The notes under the pieces were generated by a model. That model was given only the letters and a program-made list of their open reading frames with translations, made no database searches and was not told the DNA's origin. DNA of 64,000 bases from NCBI RefSeq assembly GCF_032191835.1, contig NC_083237.1:23932001-23996000 (forward strand), read 5' to 3'. Shown here in pieces: positions 60,750 to 64,000 of the stretch (position 1 is the stretch's first letter; each line of letters starts with the position of its first letter). The position numbers and the translations under genes were made by a program. This stretch comes from Heteronotia binoei. Taxonomy: Eukaryota.

Positions 60750-60945
60750 TTGTTGGAACTCTGTCTGGGGCAGTGATGCTCTGTATTCTTGGGGAGGCCA
60801 CAGTGGGAGGGCTTCTAGTGTCCTGGCCACACTGGTGGACCGCCTGATGGCACCTGGTTTTGGGGGTTTTTTTGGCTACTGTGTGATGCAGAGTGTTGGA
60901 CTGGATGGGCCATTGGCCTGATCCAACATGGCTTCTCTTTTCTTC
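60750..60945 (+). mobile_element. CR1 3' UTR fragment
   Basis: Same sequence as 11045-11240. Confidence 0.8.
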
Positions 60946-62372
60946 TTACTTTTCATAGAAGTGGCCTATTCATGAGCCTATTTTAACAGCTCCAGAGCAT
61001 CATAGTACTTTTTTGGCTGCAGCTTAGGATAGCTAGATGGCTCACCCTGGAGACAGTGCTTGTCTGCTTCTAGTATTCTAGTAGTGGACTGAGAGGATGC
61101 AACCACTGCTATCATACCTGACTGCTGTGCCCTCCTCTGCAGCCTGTTGTGGGGGTCGTATTGGATGCTGGAGGCCATGACAGCAGATAGGAGATGTGGA
61201 ATAAATTTCAGAAGTCCTCATTGCTGAATCTGTCACTCATAGCCAAAACCAACAAAAACAGAGAAAGGGAAAACATATCAATCCAGAACAGACAATTTAG
61301 CCAAAAAGGGTGACAAAAAGAAAAAAAGCTGAAATTATAATCCAAAAATTTTAATCAACTAACAAATACTAAAACCCACGCATCACAAAACAGCAATCTT
61401 TGGTTACATATATGCATGCCTTCTCGTGGTCCATAAACTTTTTTTTTTTAGTAAGATTACACTTCTATACAGTTTCAGCCAAAACATGTTTGGTTTTGTT
61501 TTGTTTACTTGTATTTTATGCAGTCTGTAAAATGTACCTGGTTGTAGCAATGCTTGTAACTGTATAGAAATGTAAAGGTCTTATACACCAGGAGGAAGGT
61601 ACGTATATATGTAACCCAAAGATTGTTGTTTTATGATGCAGTTTTTACTTTTTGTTATTTGATTAAAGGTTTTGGATTATAATTTCAAGACTTTTTTTAA
61701 ACTGACAATGTTACTCTATATATAGATTACCACCCCCTTAAAACCTTTTTTGTCACTTTGTCTTATCTATAAGTGGATGTTCCTGGTACCTTCTCAAGCT
61801 CTTCCTTAGATTGAGAGGCTTAACTGTAACATTCAGCAGCCTCCAGTTTCCTAATGTCTCCCAAAGATGTTCCCCTGCTCCCAGTGCACTTCTTTATCTC
61901 ATGGTTGTCCTGAGAAGTGTCCATGGGCATCACTGTCCTTCCCTAGCTGTTATCCCAATACAGACTCCTCCTGGGCTCTTATTTCATTGGCACTTCTGTG
62001 CCATTACCACTCATTTTGCCCTCTCTGCTCTCCAAGACAGGGTGTGTGTGTGTTTTCTTATATTTTTGTGGCTTCAAGCTGCTGTTGTGTATGTGTGTGC
62101 AAGGATTTTGATAGTACGTTGCCTGTTTCTTGGGGGGAGGCCTCCGTTTTATTCATTGTAATTAATGAACTGTTTCCACTGTGCCTGTACTTTCTTGCCC
62201 AGTCTTTTTTCTTCCTGTTTAAAAAAAAAAAAATGTTTAAAAAAACTTTATTAAGAGAATTTAAATTAAAGAATTTTCAATAAAAAACAAATAGTGTTTC
62301 AGTTTTTACACAATTGTTATTTCCTAGATATAATTGCAGAAATAGCACTTATTTGTGGCCAGTATTGGTACC

Positions 62373-63047
62373 TAGGGTTGCCAATCCCCAAACGGGGACA
62401 GCGGATCCCCTGGTTTGGAGGCCTTCCCTCTACTTCAGGGTTATTTGAAAGCGGGTGGGGGAGTTGAATGTCTGCTGGGCACTCCATTATACCCTATGGA
62501 GACTGGTTCCTATAGGGTATAATGGAGAATTTTTTCAATGGGGATCTGGGGCTTGGGAGCGGTAAAGGCACCAGATTTTCAGCATAACATCTGGTGCCTC
62601 TTCTCAACCCCCCCCCCCCAGTTTAAAAAAGATTGGACCAGGGGGTCCAATTCTATGAGCCCCAAAAGAAGGTGCCCCCAGCAAAGGCATTTAAAAGGAG
62701 CACAGTTCCTTTATATGTGATGGCCAGAACTCCCTTTGGAGTTCAATTGTGCTTGTCACAACCTCACTCATGGTTCCTACCAATACTCCCTTTGAGCTGT
62801 GGAGTCTTGTGAGCAAAAATCCTACTTTGTGAGCTACTACTGGCATTAAAATTGTGAGCTATTGCATACATTGGTTTGCTCTGGGGCTATTTTCCTGAGC
62901 TAAAACAAAAATGTGTGAGCTGAAGGCTAAAAAACTGTGTGCTAGCTCTCACTAACTTAGCTTAGAGGGAACACTGGTTCCAACCCCAAAGTCTTCTGGC
63001 TCCACCCCCAAAGTTCCCAGATATTGAGTTGGACCTGGCAACCTCTA
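62373..63047. mobile_element. TIR element (TAGGGTTGCCA termini) containing a nested family A MITE at 62781-62976
   Basis: TAGGGTTGCCA at 62373 and TGGCAACCTCTA at ~63036-63047. The inner MITE has TSD GTTCCTAC / GTTCCAAC (7/8). Confidence 0.7.
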
Positions 63048-63059
63048 TTCATATGAGAG

Positions 63060-64000
63060 GCTTACTTCTTCCGGGCTCTCCCGGCCCCAGAGATTAAGGG
63101 CATTGAATGTGCCGGTCTGACGTGGGACGTTGGGGAGAGGTTGGCGGTCTGGCTGGTGTACCGACCGCCTAACGCACCAGCTGGCACCTTACCGTCCCTG
63201 ATGGAGGCCATAGCAGGCTGGGCATTGGAGTACCCAAGGCTTTTGATCCTGGGTGACTTCAATGTCCATGCCGATGACATGACCTCCAGTCAGGCAACAG
63301 ACCTAGTGTCATCCATGGCGACGCTAGGACTCTCCCAAATTGTTACAACGCCCACTCACCCCGCGGGGCACGTTAGACTTGATCTTCGCGGCGGGAATTT
63401 TAGTGGATGATATTACTGCTGAAGCAGTGCCATGGTCGAACCACTACGCCCTCAAGGCTCGTGTGGATGTTCCACCCCAAGCCCGTTTAGGCGGCGAGCG
63501 TATTTTAGCTCGCCTGTGGAGCCAGATGGACCCCGAACAGTTCCAGATGGCTCTACGGGATCCCTGGCCCTCTGGTGATTCTCTGGATGACCTGGTGGAG
63601 TCTTGGAATGACAGGCTCTTCAGGGCCATCGACGAGATCGCACCTAGACGTCCTCTGCGCCCTCGCTTAAAGCTAACACCTTAGTATAACCAGGAGTTGC
63701 GGCAATTAAAGCGAGGACTCAGATTACTAGAGAGGCAATGGCAGTGTACTGGAGACGAAGTGACTAGAACATCTTCTAGAGAATTTATGAAGTCCTATGA
63801 GATGGCAGTCAAAGCCGCAAAGAAAACATACTTTGTGGCTAAGATTGCGTCTGCAATTTCACGCCTGGCACAATTGTTCAACACAATTCGGACTTTTATA
63901 ACGCTGCCACAGGGCAGTCCAAATTCTAATCAATTGGAGATTGGCTGTGAGGCTTTTGCGAATTTTTTTGCAGATAAGGTCGCCCCGCTCTGCCACGACT
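63060..64000 (+). mobile_element. L2-clade LINE ORF2 (AP endonuclease region), frameshifted, runs off the window end
   Basis: LVYRPP, LLILGDFNVH, LGLSQIVTTPTH..G.TLDLIF and SNHY are APE motifs typical of L2 elements. It has a frameshift near 63365 and later stops. Confidence 0.88.

Overview
Vertebrate genomic DNA, most likely from a gecko or other squamate. This is inferred from the repeat content (Squam3-like and other tRNA SINEs, 5S-derived SINEs, CR1, L2, RTE, L1, Penelope, hAT MITEs), not from a search. The window matches the human 19q13.42 gene block. It holds ZNF865 (+, single coding exon, 970 aa, 20 C2H2 fingers), a ZNF784-like gene (-, 669 aa), one ZNF581-like gene (-, ~252 aa, 4 fingers) and CCDC106 (+, five coding exons that splice in frame to 317 aa). 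There are four CpG-rich promoter-like islands (~4.2-5.3, 28.8-29.6, 39.0-39.7, 46.0-46.7 kb), a 193-N assembly gap and dense, often nested transposon remnants, several with verifiable target-site duplications. No prokaryotic-type system (CRISPR, operon) and no intact rRNA or tRNA gene is present. The most unusual observations are: (1) the ZNF784-like protein has two near-identical 3-finger arrays separated by a 421-aa G/N/Q-rich linker, plus an N-terminal C4 motif; (2) CCDC106 reads through the position of the human stop and ends in a second copy of its own C-terminal motif; (3) there is a single, inverted ZNF580/581 gene head-to-head with a candidate CCDC106 first exon; (4) a perfect 21-bp hairpin with a duplicated arm lies in ZNF865 intron 1. 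Gene names and human comparisons come from recalled sequences. No database search or computation was run.
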